NCBI GenBank assembly: GCA_963668675.2
Contig: CAXXMB010000002.1
Location: 1,632,001 to 1,696,000 of the forward strand
DNA from: an uncultured Desulfatitalea sp.
GTDB lineage: Bacteria > Desulfobacterota > Desulfobacteria > Desulfobacterales > Desulfosarcinaceae
Direction: 5' to 3'
DNA length: 64,000 nucleotides
Shown here: positions 1-10,156 of the stretch, one piece after another
How the letters are laid out: the number at the start of each line of letters is the position of its first letter
How positions within the stretch are numbered: position 1 is the stretch's first letter
Made by a program: the position numbers and the translations under genes
Notes under the pieces: generated by a model
The model's input: the letters and a program-made list of their open reading frames with translations, nothing else
Database searches by the model: none
What the model was told of the DNA's origin: nothing

Positions 1-1168
1 AGATCTTGGTGAAACGGCTCTTCATGGACAGTGTCCGGCCGCACGAAACGCACTTTTCACCTTTGAGGTGGTACTTGTCCCGAACCCGGTTTATGGTCTT
101 GCATTTGCGGCATTCAAGATGGGTCTGACGCTCATACGCTTCGATCCGGCTGATAATCTCCTGGCAGTCCTTAAAGCGGTCTTCAGGCCGCCATTCCATG
201 CACTTGGCGACAATTTCAGCCAATTCCGGCGCACAGTCAGATGTGGCGGTCAGCACCTCCCCCACATCCATATCGAAGCGCGTGCCGTCATCCGGTTTGC
301 CGTCGTAGGGTTTGCGGCCGGTGAACATCTCGAACATCACGATGCCCATGGAGTAGATATCGGTGCGATGATCCATGGTTTCCGGACGATTTAACTGTTC
401 GGGACTCATGTAAAGCGGCGAGCCGGCCACATCGATTTGCTTCGTTTTGTCGCCGACCAGGAAGGCGATGCCGAAATCCATCAAATTGGCACGATGGTCG
501 TCGGCGATCATGATGTTCGAAGGTTTGATATCGCGGTGAATGATCCCTTTGCTGTGCGCATGGTGAAGGCTCTGCAACACATCCTTGGCAATTGAAAGCA
601 GCTCCTCTTCGCCAAGCTGCCGCTCCTTTATCAGCTGGTTCAGCCCTTTGCCCTGCATGTACTCCATGACCAGGTAGAAATGGCCGCCTTCGGAAATATA
701 GTCGGTCACCTGAATGATGTTGGGATGCTGGAGCAGCGCCTGGGTTCTGGCCTCCTGATTGAAGCGCGCAAGGAAATCGGGGTCGTGCGTATATTTTGAT
801 CGAATCGATTTGATGGCAAAGCGCTTGTTCAGATGCAGATGTTCCGCCTCGTAGACAATACCCATTCCGCCGTCGCCGATTTTTCGCAACACCTTGAACT
901 TGTTCTCTATGGTGCGGCCGATAATCGAATTTTCGGGCGCACCGGGTTGGCGCATCTCCTCGACCAGGGCTTGGTAGGTCCTGGTTCCGGCAAAAATTGT
1001 CTGTGGATCATCCGGGTCGGCATTGGCAGGCGGTGCGGTTGCAGGAGACCTTTGGGCCTCGGAGCGGGGATTCTCCGTAATGTTTTTTTCCGCATCGGGG
1101 CGTTCACCCCCCTGCGGTCGCCCATTGTTTTCGTTGCTACCGTTTTCTATGATCGGTTTATCAACCAT
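1..1168 (-). CDS. Hanks-type Ser/Thr protein kinase followed by a CxxC...CxxC zinc-ribbon; 3' end runs off the window
   Basis: Own translation (missing from the ORF track) from ATG at 1168: GDGGMGIVY, FAIK, HRDIKPSNIM, DFGIA, YMSPEQ, DIYSMG, then ECRKC...KCVSC; open to position 1. Confidence 0.93.
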   Translation of the reverse strand, partial: MVDKPIIENGSNENNGRPQGGERPDAEKNITENPRSEAQRSPATAPPANADPDDPQTIFAGTRTYQALVEEMRQPGAPENSIIGRTIENKFKVLRKIGDGGMGIVYEAEHLHLNKRFAIKSIRSKYTHDPDFLARFNQEARTQALLQHPNIIQVTDYISEGGHFYLVMEYMQGKGLNQLIKERQLGEEELLSIAKDVLQSLHHAHSKGIIHRDIKPSNIMIADDHRANLMDFGIAFLVGDKTKQIDVAGSPLYMSPEQLNRPETMDHRTDIYSMGIVMFEMFTGRKPYDGKPDDGTRFDMDVGEVLTATSDCAPELAEIVAKCMEWRPEDRFKDCQEIISRIEAYERQTHLECRKCKTINRVRDKYHLKGEKCVSCGRTLSMKSRFTKI

Positions 1169-1528
1169 TTCATATCTTATACACGGAAAATATGGGGTTC
1201 AAAAGAACGCTTTAACCTTTTTAATCCTGTAACCATATTTAGATCAATACCTGATAGATAAATCAGAGGAAAACGAATTCACTACGTGCTCTTTCCCAAG
1301 TTGGAATTACCATCCCAAACTGATGTTATAAAAAAGCCGGCCGATGCAAATCTCTACCATATTCGGCAAGCAAAAATCACTTGCCCTGGGCAACTGGATC
1401 ATAGACACTATAGGCATCTTTGGAATCGGATTTGCCGGCCCCATCCGACCGGGTCGGCCTATCGTTTTGGACCGCTGATCCTGCGGCCGGTCAGATGCAC
1501 GAGACATGACACGATGGTAGAAACGGCG

Positions 1529-2419
1529 ATGAAAAGCGTATCTTTGGTTCTTGGCAGCGGTGGGGCTAGAGGGCTGGCCCATATTGGTGTTATTCATTAC
1601 CTCAAAGACAATGGTTATGACATCCGCTCGATCGCAGGGTCCTCGATTGGTGCACTCATCGGCGGCATCTTTGCAGCCGGAAAGCTGGATGAATATGAAC
1701 AATGGGTGCGCGCTATCACCAAAGTCCACATCGTCACCTTGCTGGATCTCTCATGGGGAAAGAGCGGGCTGGTCAAAGGTGACAAAATTATCAACACCTT
1801 AATCGATCTCGTGGGAGACCGAATGATAGAGGATCTCCCCATTCAATTTACGGCGGTCGCAACGGACGTGAAGCACCAAAAAGAGATCTGGATAAAGTCA
1901 GGCAGGCTCTTTGATGCGATCAGGGCGTCTATGTCGATACCGCTTCTTTTTACGCCATTCAAACACGGGGGCATCGATCTTATCGATGGAGGGATTTTGA
2001 ATCCTGTGCCCGTTGCGCCGACGATCGGTGACAGCAGCGATATGATTCTTGCGGTAAGTTTGAACGGTCCGGCCGACATGCCAGAGGAAGTGAATGCCTT
2101 GGATTCGGCCCCTGCACCCCACTCTTCCCCGCTGAACGAAAAGGTCAATCGTTTCATAAGCCGCTTGCAGCGATCTGCAACCCACGCCAATGGACGGGAT
2201 TGGGGGGTGTATGATATTGCGATGCAGTCGTTTGAAGCGATACAGAGCGCCCTGGCGCGGCAAAAACTCGCAGCCTATCCGCCTGATGCCATCATCGAGA
2301 TTTCAAGGAACGCATGTCGAACCTTAGAGTTCGATCGCGCATCGGAGATGATTGAATTGGGATACAGAAGGGCACAAGAATGTCTGTCGCGGCACGCGTG
2401 CCAAGAGCGAATCGTTTGA
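1529..2419 (+). CDS. Patatin-like phospholipase (RssA/NTE family)
   Basis: GSGGARG, GSSIG nucleophile elbow and DGG motifs; start placed at MKSVSLVLG rather than the 1286 GTG. Confidence 0.92.
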   Translation: MKSVSLVLGSGGARGLAHIGVIHYLKDNGYDIRSIAGSSIGALIGGIFAAGKLDEYEQWVRAITKVHIVTLLDLSWGKSGLVKGDKIINTLIDLVGDRMIEDLPIQFTAVATDVKHQKEIWIKSGRLFDAIRASMSIPLLFTPFKHGGIDLIDGGILNPVPVAPTIGDSSDMILAVSLNGPADMPEEVNALDSAPAPHSSPLNEKVNRFISRLQRSATHANGRDWGVYDIAMQSFEAIQSALARQKLAAYPPDAIIEISRNACRTLEFDRASEMIELGYRRAQECLSRHACQERIV

Positions 2420-2743
2420 TGCCAGAAGCTGTGGGGTTCGGCGTTTTGGCCTTTGCCGTGCAATTGTTGCTGATGCCGCGAGTCACACAAGCCGCCCGCA
2501 ATGATCGTCGCCTGGGTGGTCTGGTTCGCCGCCATCGTCGCAGCCGTTCTCTGTGCCCCGGGACTTGCCTCTTTTGCCTGTGCCGCCGCCACACGCTATT
2601 CAAACGGTTGGGGTGTGCCGCCATCCGCAGGGACCGCCGGGGTTGATCGATGCAGAACGAGGAGCTAAAGGGGCCGCAACGCGCGACCGCAGCCCGTAAC
2701 GCCCATTCAATTATGAAAATCTATCCATCCACAAGGAGAATTG

Positions 2744-5700
2744 ATGAGGTCACGTCTAATCGGCTCGATAAAAGATCTTTCCTTGAGGACAAAAATGATT
2801 TTAGGCGGGACTCTGATTATCATCATTCCCATTATCGTTATCGGCACGATTACCTATATACAATCTTCCCGCGCGTCAGAAAGCGCGGCCAGAACGCAGT
2901 TGCTCCAAATCGCAAAGAGCCTTTCAGGAATGATTCAGATGGTTCTGCGAAAGGACCTTGAGAACATAAATGCCATTGCTTCCGATCCCCAGATCATCAG
3001 GGCAATTGCGAATGAAGAGAAGGTAACCGCACGCGCTAAATTGGCAGAGCTGTATACGATAGCAGGGTCGGACTATGAGGGGCTGACGATCTTTAACAAG
3101 GATGGCACTATCTACAGCGACGGTGTAGACCCGAAGCGCGAGGGTATCTCAATCAAGGATAGAACCTATTACCGGGATGCGAGAAACGGCAATGGTGGTG
3201 TATATCCGGTCGTGCTATCCAAGGCGACCGGCGCTCCGGTCTTCATGATCAGCGCAGCGCTGACATCGGAGGATGGAGAATTTATCGGCGGCGTGATGGG
3301 TGTCGTCAAAATCGATTTCCTGCTGAACTTCATCTCTTCCATCAAAATTGGAAAAACCGGATATGCCTTCATACTCAACCGGCAAGGCGTGATGATCGCC
3401 CATCCTGACAAAAAGAACATCCTGGCATTAGATGTATATAATGAAGCCGGCCTTGAAAACCTTGCAGATGAACTCCACCGCCGTTCAAGCGGGGCCGGGG
3501 AATATATATATGAAGGCAAAACAAAAATCGGCGGATTTGCGCCGATCGAAATTTCGGGCTGGACCATCGGCGTTTCCCAAAACAAAGAGGAGATCATGTC
3601 TCCGGCCCTCAGCCACGTTAAGTTCATTCTGCTTGTCTGCGGTTTTTTTACACTATTGGCGGGCGTAGCGGTATTCATTTTCTCCGACAGACTCAGCATT
3701 CCGGTACAACAAAAGTTGAGCTTCCTGAATCAGGCACTGGATCAGGTGATGGAGGCCACCCAGGCGGGCATCTGGGAAGCCAATCCCTCGGTGAAAAAGA
3801 TCTTCATGAGCGACCAGTGGTACGCCACGCTCGGCTATTCCACAGAGCAAAAGGACCCCTCCTTTGAGGTGATGGCGGAATTTATTCATCCGGAGGACCG
3901 GTCTATCGCACGCCGGACAATGGAGGACTATATCGCCAGCGGCGGAAAGGATCGGTACGAAGCGGAGTTCCGCCTGCGCAAGGAGGACGGAACCTGGTGT
4001 TGGGTATTGTCCAAAGCCAAAGCGGTCAGTTGGGATAAGAGCGGTGCGCCCGAACGCATCATCGGATTGGACATCAATATTCAAAGTGTCAAGGACGCAC
4101 AGATCAAGCTGGCGCAAAGCGAAGCGAAATTTCGCGCCATTTTCGACCATGCCCCATACGCCATCTCGATCAGCCGACTTGAGGACGGCCAATACCTCGA
4201 AGCGAACAACGTGTTTATGCAAGAAAGGGGGATCACCAAAGAGGAGCTGCTCAGCGGCAGAATCTTGGACTATGCCGTACTTTCGGAAGAGGAAGCCCAA
4301 TCCCTCGTTGACCAATTATTGAGAGAAGGCGCCATCAAGAATCATGAAGCAGCGATCAGAGTGAACGACGATCATCTCGCCCATGTCATCTACTCGGCGA
4401 CGTTGCTGGAACTCGAAGGGCAGCAACATATCCTTGCCATGGTGGTGGATGTTACGGAAAGAAAGAGGGCCGAAGAGGCACTCAAGGAGAGTGAAGCCCG
4501 CTTTCGAACCCTCTTCCGAATGGCGCCTTTGCCGTTGGCTGAAATCTCTGGAAATGAAGTCATTGAAATTAACGACCGCTTCAGCACGATCTTAGGATAC
4601 ACACTGGGGGATTTACCGACGCTGGACCATTGGTGGAGAAACGCCTTTCCGGATCCGGATTACCGAACCTGGGCTACAGGGAATTGGAATCGCCAGGTCG
4701 AAAAGGCCCTCGAAGCGGGCACCGATGATGTTCAGCCCGGCGAATTCAAGGTGACCGATAAAAACGGCAACGCCCACACCATGATTATCGGCGCCAGTAT
4801 GATCGGTCAGCGAATACTCGTTAGCCTTTTCGATATTACCGATCGCAAACGCGAGGAGGCGGCCCGCATTGAGAGCCTGGAGCTCCTCAGGGCCACATTG
4901 AACGCCACCCCCGACGGGATCATGGTGGTCAACAATGATCTTAAAGTGACGCAGGCCAACCGGCAGCTATACCAGATGTGGCGTATTCCGGATGCGCTGC
5001 ACGCGCCGGTCGATGAAGCCGCGCTGAGGGAGTTTGTCCTCGACCAGCTCGAAGATCCGGCCGGCTTCGTGGAGATGCTCGAGAAGCTCTACAATTCCCA
5101 ACTTAAGAATGTGAACGAAATCGCTTTCAAGGACGGCAGGGTGTTCGAAAGCTACTCCGCACCAATGGTGTTGAATGAAAACGAAATCGGAAGGGTTTGG
5201 GATTTCCGGGATACGACCAAACGGAAACAGGCCGAAGCGGAGCGTGAAAAGCTGCAGGGACAATTGCTGCGCGCCCAAAAGCTGGAAGCGATCGGCATTC
5301 TTGCCGGCGGCGTGGCCCACGATTTCAACAACATTCTTGGGGCCATCATGGGGTATACCGAGCTCACCCTGAAAGGGATGAGCACCAAGGACCCTTTTCG
5401 CGGCAATCTTTCAAAAATCCTCGACGCGGCCCAACGCTCCGCCGCCCTGATTCGGCAACTGCTTATCTTCGCACGCAAACATAGCGTAACACCGGTGCTC
5501 ATTAACCTGAACGCCGCAGTTAAAAACATGCTGCAGATGTTGCAGCGGTTGATCGGAGAGAACATCGAACTGACCTGGCTGCCCGCCGAAGCCTCCTGTA
5601 CCGTCAGAATGGATCCTTCCCAACTTGACCAGATACTGGCCAACTTATGTGTCAATGCCAGAGACGCCATCGCCGATATTGGCCGGATCACCATCAAATC

Positions 5701-6400
5701 CGACGTGGTTTCTTTTGATGAGACGACATGCCGCATCAATGTCGATTGCGTGCCGGGGGATTACATCCAGTTGACCGTTATTGACAACGGCTGCGGAATT
5801 GAAAAAGAGGCCGCCCAGCACATTTTTGAACCTTTTTTCACCACCAAAGCCGTTGGCAAGGGCACGGGGCTGGGGCTCTCCATCGTGTATGGTATTGTTA
5901 AGGAAAACAATGGCTTTATCAACTTTTACAGCGAACCGGCCATGGGAACCACATTCAATATCTTTCTGCCGTTTCATGCGAGCGGCGCTGCGAAGGAGCA
6001 AACACTAACAGATGGTGACATTCCCTGCGGCCAGGGCGAAACCATTCTGATGGTCGAAGACGACCCAACGTTCATGGATATGGGCAAGGTAATGCTCGAA
6101 TTCTTAGGCTATGAGGTCTTATCGGCCGCGACACCAAATGAAGCTTTGACTCTTGTCGGGAACTGTGACAGCGAAATCCACCTGTTTATCAGCGATGTGG
6201 TCATGCCGGAGATGAACGGCAGGGAACTGATCGATCGCCTCCTTGAGATTCGACCAGGGGTCAAACATCTTTTTATGTCCGGCTACGCAGCGGATGTCAT
6301 CGTAGATCGGGGCATTATGAATCGATGCGGAAATTTCATTCAGAAACCATTCACATTGAAAGAGATGGCCGTCAATGTTCGCAAAATTTTGGAATCATAG
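2744..6400 (+). CDS. Hybrid sensor histidine kinase: Cache, multiple PAS, HisKA, HATPase, receiver
   Basis: Two TM segments around a Cache-like region (GYAFILN..G..IAHP); PAS/PAC repeats (DVTERK); GGVAHDFNN H-box; FTTKAVGKGTGLGL; C-terminal REC (VEDD, SDVVMP, QKPF). Confidence 0.95.
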   Translation: MRSRLIGSIKDLSLRTKMILGGTLIIIIPIIVIGTITYIQSSRASESAARTQLLQIAKSLSGMIQMVLRKDLENINAIASDPQIIRAIANEEKVTARAKLAELYTIAGSDYEGLTIFNKDGTIYSDGVDPKREGISIKDRTYYRDARNGNGGVYPVVLSKATGAPVFMISAALTSEDGEFIGGVMGVVKIDFLLNFISSIKIGKTGYAFILNRQGVMIAHPDKKNILALDVYNEAGLENLADELHRRSSGAGEYIYEGKTKIGGFAPIEISGWTIGVSQNKEEIMSPALSHVKFILLVCGFFTLLAGVAVFIFSDRLSIPVQQKLSFLNQALDQVMEATQAGIWEANPSVKKIFMSDQWYATLGYSTEQKDPSFEVMAEFIHPEDRSIARRTMEDYIASGGKDRYEAEFRLRKEDGTWCWVLSKAKAVSWDKSGAPERIIGLDINIQSVKDAQIKLAQSEAKFRAIFDHAPYAISISRLEDGQYLEANNVFMQERGITKEELLSGRILDYAVLSEEEAQSLVDQLLREGAIKNHEAAIRVNDDHLAHVIYSATLLELEGQQHILAMVVDVTERKRAEEALKESEARFRTLFRMAPLPLAEISGNEVIEINDRFSTILGYTLGDLPTLDHWWRNAFPDPDYRTWATGNWNRQVEKALEAGTDDVQPGEFKVTDKNGNAHTMIIGASMIGQRILVSLFDITDRKREEAARIESLELLRATLNATPDGIMVVNNDLKVTQANRQLYQMWRIPDALHAPVDEAALREFVLDQLEDPAGFVEMLEKLYNSQLKNVNEIAFKDGRVFESYSAPMVLNENEIGRVWDFRDTTKRKQAEAEREKLQGQLLRAQKLEAIGILAGGVAHDFNNILGAIMGYTELTLKGMSTKDPFRGNLSKILDAAQRSAALIRQLLIFARKHSVTPVLINLNAAVKNMLQMLQRLIGENIELTWLPAEASCTVRMDPSQLDQILANLCVNARDAIADIGRITIKSDVVSFDETTCRINVDCVPGDYIQLTVIDNGCGIEKEAAQHIFEPFFTTKAVGKGTGLGLSIVYGIVKENNGFINFYSEPAMGTTFNIFLPFHASGAAKEQTLTDGDIPCGQGETILMVEDDPTFMDMGKVMLEFLGYEVLSAATPNEALTLVGNCDSEIHLFISDVVMPEMNGRELIDRLLEIRPGVKHLFMSGYAADVIVDRGIMNRCGNFIQKPFTLKEMAVNVRKILES

Positions 6401-6448
6401 AGAATATAGGACTCCCACGCGCTTCCCATGAATGCGGTAGGTTAAAGG

Positions 6449-7525
6449 CTATGGTCTTATCTCCACGGGGGTCCCGTTGGGAACCAGCCGCGCTATTTCC
6501 TCCATCTCCTTGTTGGTCACAGCGATGCAGCCTTCGGTCCAGTCAATCTCCGTGTGAAATTCACCGACCCAGGAGAGGCCATTTTTAACGCCATGGATCA
6601 TGATATCGCCGCCCGGAGAGACGCCCAGAGCTTCGGCGCGTTTTTTGTCTCTCTCATTAGGGTAGGAAATGCGAAGAGAGAGATGGTAGTCGCTATGCCT
6701 GTTCCTGGATTCGATGGTATAGTTTCCCTCCGGGGTTTTGTTGTCGCCCTCCCTCTCTTTTGGGCCGACCGGATTTCCGCCCAGCGCAATTCTGTAGGTT
6801 TTGATCGCTTCGCCCTTTGAGATCAGCGTCAGCCGCCTCCTTTTCTTCTCGATCAAAACCTTGTCCGCCGGTTCCGTCCGGAGGTCGAAAACCTTCTGCT
6901 CTAACGTTCCGATCTTTTTTTGCAGGGCGATAATCTCATGCTCTCGGGACTTGATCTCCCGACGGTAGGCGTTAATCTGTGCCTGCTGCGCTGCAATCAA
7001 GCGGTCCTTGACGATGACATTTTGGATCTGGAGCATCAGCATCTGGCTGTCGCGCCGGTAGTCACTGCCCGGAAAATCACTGATGATTTTTCGGAAGCAT
7101 TCCAGTGCCTTCTGATAGCTTTTGCGTTCGTTTCCGGGATGAGCATAGATAATCCCCATCTCGAAAAGCACCCGGTCCGCAGTTTCGGGCTCCTCTTCGA
7201 TAACTTTCTCGTATTTGCCGAGGGAGGCCTCGTAATTTCCCTGAGCGAAGAAATCATTGGCTTCCAAGGAGATCGATTCGGCCGAAGAGCCCTCACTGCT
7301 ATGGCTGCATCCGGTAGTGAATAATGCAGTCAGCAGAATGCAAATTATTAGTCCGGCAATTATAGAGACCAAATCCGTCTTTCCGGCGAAAGCCGGAAAC
7401 CAGCGGTCTACTCTGGATGCCGGTTCACGTCCGGCATGACGGTTTTGCCTAATGTGTTGCCGCTTTAAGAAGAGAAGGCGTAGATACGCGCCATTCCCGT
7501 TCGGCCTTATGCTGGTAGTCGTCAT
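6449..7525 (-). CDS. Lipoprotein with TPR, coiled coil and YkuD domain of YafK/DpaA type; start uncertain
   Basis: Lipobox LFTTGC; TPR-like helices; GPKEREGDNKTPEG, ISYPNERD, GGDIMIHG, WTEGCIA. Confidence 0.85.
   Translation of the reverse strand: MTTTSIRPNGNGAYLRLLFLKRQHIRQNRHAGREPASRVDRWFPAFAGKTDLVSIIAGLIICILLTALFTTGCSHSSEGSSAESISLEANDFFAQGNYEASLGKYEKVIEEEPETADRVLFEMGIIYAHPGNERKSYQKALECFRKIISDFPGSDYRRDSQMLMLQIQNVIVKDRLIAAQQAQINAYRREIKSREHEIIALQKKIGTLEQKVFDLRTEPADKVLIEKKRRRLTLISKGEAIKTYRIALGGNPVGPKEREGDNKTPEGNYTIESRNRHSDYHLSLRISYPNERDKKRAEALGVSPGGDIMIHGVKNGLSWVGEFHTEIDWTEGCIAVTNKEMEEIARLVPNGTPVEIRP
7375..7442. repeat. REP-like palindrome (CCGTC...CCGGCATGACGG family) inside the 5' part of the YkuD ORF
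   Basis: Terminal IR CCGTC/GACGG, internal hairpins CCGGCGAAAGCCGG and GCCGGTTCACGTCCGGC; resembles 63283-63355. Confidence 0.8.
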
Positions 7526-7655
7526 CGTGCCTGTTGGAAAGTTACCGGATGGTCTCAAAACAAGTCCTTTTCCGGATTGATCCGCAGTCCACACCATGCG
7601 GGAAATGGAGAAAAAGGAAGTGATCGGTTTTGCAATCCGACCACTTCCTTTCAGT

Positions 7656-7982
7656 TTACTTCTTCATGGAATTCTTGAAAATCTCCTCGGCCTTTTTTGC
7701 TTTTTCCTCGGCGATGCGCTCCTTTTCAGCTGCGATGCGCTCTCTCTCCTCTGCCCTTTTTTCGGCAGCCTCGGCACGCTCCGCCGCTTCGTTGGCCTTC
7801 ATCAAGGCCTCATCGGCCGCCGCCTTGGCCGCCTGTGCATCCAGGGCCGCCTGGTCCGCTTTCGCGCTGATCGCCATCTCCCGGGCCTGCGCCTCCCTTA
7901 AATCACCTTTTGTGGCGCAACCCCCAAGGCCGAAGGCCAGAGCAAGCATCACCGAAATCATCAATATACTTTTTTTCATCAT
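7656..7982 (-). CDS. Lpp/OprI-like alanine-zipper outer-membrane lipoprotein
   Basis: Signal peptide II (LGGC), Ala-rich coiled coil, C-terminal MKK; GGAGG SD upstream. Confidence 0.85.
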   Translation of the reverse strand: MMKKSILMISVMLALAFGLGGCATKGDLREAQAREMAISAKADQAALDAQAAKAAADEALMKANEAAERAEAAEKRAEERERIAAEKERIAEEKAKKAEEIFKNSMKK

Positions 7983-8080
7983 GTGTTACCTCCCTTCTGA
8001 GTGTTTTCTATACCATAACAGCGACTGTGAAATGTCGTGTTACATCAAAAAATAACCCTGTCGATTATTTGCCCCTTTGG

Positions 8081-9445
8081 CTATTTATGCTTCACGGGTG
8101 CGACCAATATGCCGTCAATTTCCAGATCAATATTCATGCGCTTTGACGCACGCCTGGCCTCTCTGTTGGTATTGAACGGGCCAGCGAGAACGCGATGCCT
8201 GCCGCTCTTTGAAAGCACCTGTGCGGGAATTTGCGGCCCCTGGTGGTTGAGAATGGTGGCGAGCCTGTGCGCCTCAACCTCGTCGCGCATACTGGCAGCC
8301 AACACATACCACGCATCGGTTCTGAGCTCAGGCACCTGCGGCTGGCCGTAAAGCTTGACCGGGTGTCTTAGTTTCAGGGGTTTCGCGACGGCCGTTTTGC
8401 CACCGGCACCGATGGTGGATACCGCAACAGGGATCCCTCGGGCCTCGGCCACGACCTTCCTGACCTTGTACCAGTCAAGCGTGAGGCCGGTTTTCTTCTC
8501 AATCTTTTTCATTTTCGCATAGGCCCTCTTCAACCCGGCTGTGCCTGATTCTTCGAAGGGCAAATGGGCTTCCAGGTAAACCACCCCATCACGCCGGCCT
8601 ACGAGATAGGGTTGGTACACCACCCTTACGGGTGTTTTTACCGGGGTGGTATCGAACAGCTGCTTTATGTCCTCCGGGTAAAGTCTGATGCAGCCGTTGG
8701 TTGCCCTCAGGCCGACGCTGGCCGGCTTGTTGGTTCCATGGACCAGATACTCAGATCGGCTCAAGTAGAGTGCGTGTTCACCCAAGGGGTTCAGAGGCCC
8801 AGGCGGCACCGCGGCTGGCAGCGGATCACCCTTTTTGCGGTGGTCTGCTGCAATCGAAGCCGGCACAAACCAAGTCGGCCGCAATTTCTTGCGTGTGATA
8901 TACATTCGGCCTCTGGGCGTGGGCCGCTCAGCGGTGCCGACACCAACAGGATACGTCGCAACAGCCTGCACGTTTCCGTCTCTTTTGAAGTGAAAGAGCC
9001 TCATAGCGGCCAAATTGATCACGATGCCTTTTCTCTCCGCCGCGGGCAGGATAAAGCTCAACGGCAGCACAATACGTTCTCCGGCTTTGGGCACCCATAC
9101 ATCGACCCCTGGGTTGGTGGCACTTACCGTATTGATCCCCAGGCTGAAGTGGCGAGCGATATCCGGCAGCGTGTCCCCGCTTTTTAGTCTGATGGTCGCC
9201 AGCCGGCCGATAACGTCGTCTTTTCCATCTACCAGAAAGTAATTTTTTTCGATACTATCCGGCGCCTGGCCGGGTAGCGGCAGTATCGCCAGAACTTCCC
9301 TGGTAACGGCGCACCCATTTAGGAATAGGGTGCAGATCGACAGCACTAGAAAACAGCAAACAATCGACCGGGAAAGTCGGGCCAAAAATCGGCCCGGAAC
9401 CTTAGGCCCAATCTTGCTGGATGAATAAAAATTGATAGCCATCAA
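8081..9445 (-). CDS. L,D-transpeptidase of ErfK/YbiS/YcfS type with LysM-like N-terminus and C-terminal SPOR domain
   Basis: GDTLPDIARHF, INLAAMRL, PPGPLNPLG, YLVHGTN...GLRATNGCIRL; SPOR-like tail (WYVLAAS...HRVLAGPF). Confidence 0.92.
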   Translation of the reverse strand: MMAINFYSSSKIGPKVPGRFLARLSRSIVCCFLVLSICTLFLNGCAVTREVLAILPLPGQAPDSIEKNYFLVDGKDDVIGRLATIRLKSGDTLPDIARHFSLGINTVSATNPGVDVWVPKAGERIVLPLSFILPAAERKGIVINLAAMRLFHFKRDGNVQAVATYPVGVGTAERPTPRGRMYITRKKLRPTWFVPASIAADHRKKGDPLPAAVPPGPLNPLGEHALYLSRSEYLVHGTNKPASVGLRATNGCIRLYPEDIKQLFDTTPVKTPVRVVYQPYLVGRRDGVVYLEAHLPFEESGTAGLKRAYAKMKKIEKKTGLTLDWYKVRKVVAEARGIPVAVSTIGAGGKTAVAKPLKLRHPVKLYGQPQVPELRTDAWYVLAASMRDEVEAHRLATILNHQGPQIPAQVLSKSGRHRVLAGPFNTNREARRASKRMNIDLEIDGILVAPVKHK

Positions 9446-9852
9446 TCAGAAAAACCGGATCATAATGCAATGCAAAGTTCCATTCCATCACAGTAGCAGC
9501 GGGATACGCCATTATCTAATGGTTTGCATGAAGATTAAAAAATCAAACAAATGAATTGAAGGATTAAAGTCACCAAGTATCGCGACCACTATCAAAACTG
9601 TGACATCTGAACCTTTTTTTCACTCGCTCTTGCCCTGTGCGAAAGCTGGCCGGCAATGGGGTCGGAACCTGTACATAGGCTATCTCGTTGAAAAAAAAGT
9701 TAATACACAACACGACCCCATACGTCCAACCGAAAACGAAGAGCGGATTGCTCTGTGTGAATTGTATACCATGCAAATATGCCGCCAGGATTTTTGTCGA
9801 TTTCACCTGATGATGAAAACCAGGGAATATAGAGAAGAGCATACAAATCATA

Positions 9853-10002
9853 TTATTAAACCGGCAATTAAATAGGCCAACCTTTGTCATCCCGGACTTG
9901 ATCCGGGATCCAGGAACGGTCTGGATAGCGCCAAGGCTTCACTGCGTGCCCGGCCTCCGCCGGAATGACGATTGCTAAGGTAATCAATTGCCGGGTTAAT
10001 AA
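9853..10002. repeat. ~150-bp palindromic REPIN/MITE-like element
   Basis: Terminal IR TTATTAAACCGGCAATT / AATTGCCGGGTTAATAA enclosing GTCATCCCGGACTTGATCCGGGATCCAG...CCGGAATGAC. Confidence 0.8.
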
Positions 10003-10156
10003 CAAATCGCTAAACAGTTTTCGATGTCGCTCGACGGGACACTGCTCGGTTTCCATATAAGATTCAGGTATTATTGTATTGGAACAGGACATCCTGATTA
10101 ATCCGCAACATGAGCCGCATACTAAACCTATCGATTCAATACGAAAGGGGAGCATC

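Noticed and set aside
2420..2700. Possible small hydrophobic peptide (MIVAWVVWFAAIVAAVL...) from ~2502
   Set aside because: No SD and no other support; cannot be distinguished from chance
9570..9890. ORFs 9600-9875 (+) and 9570-9890 (-)
   Set aside because: No SD or motif; they overlap a repeat and a probable promoter region
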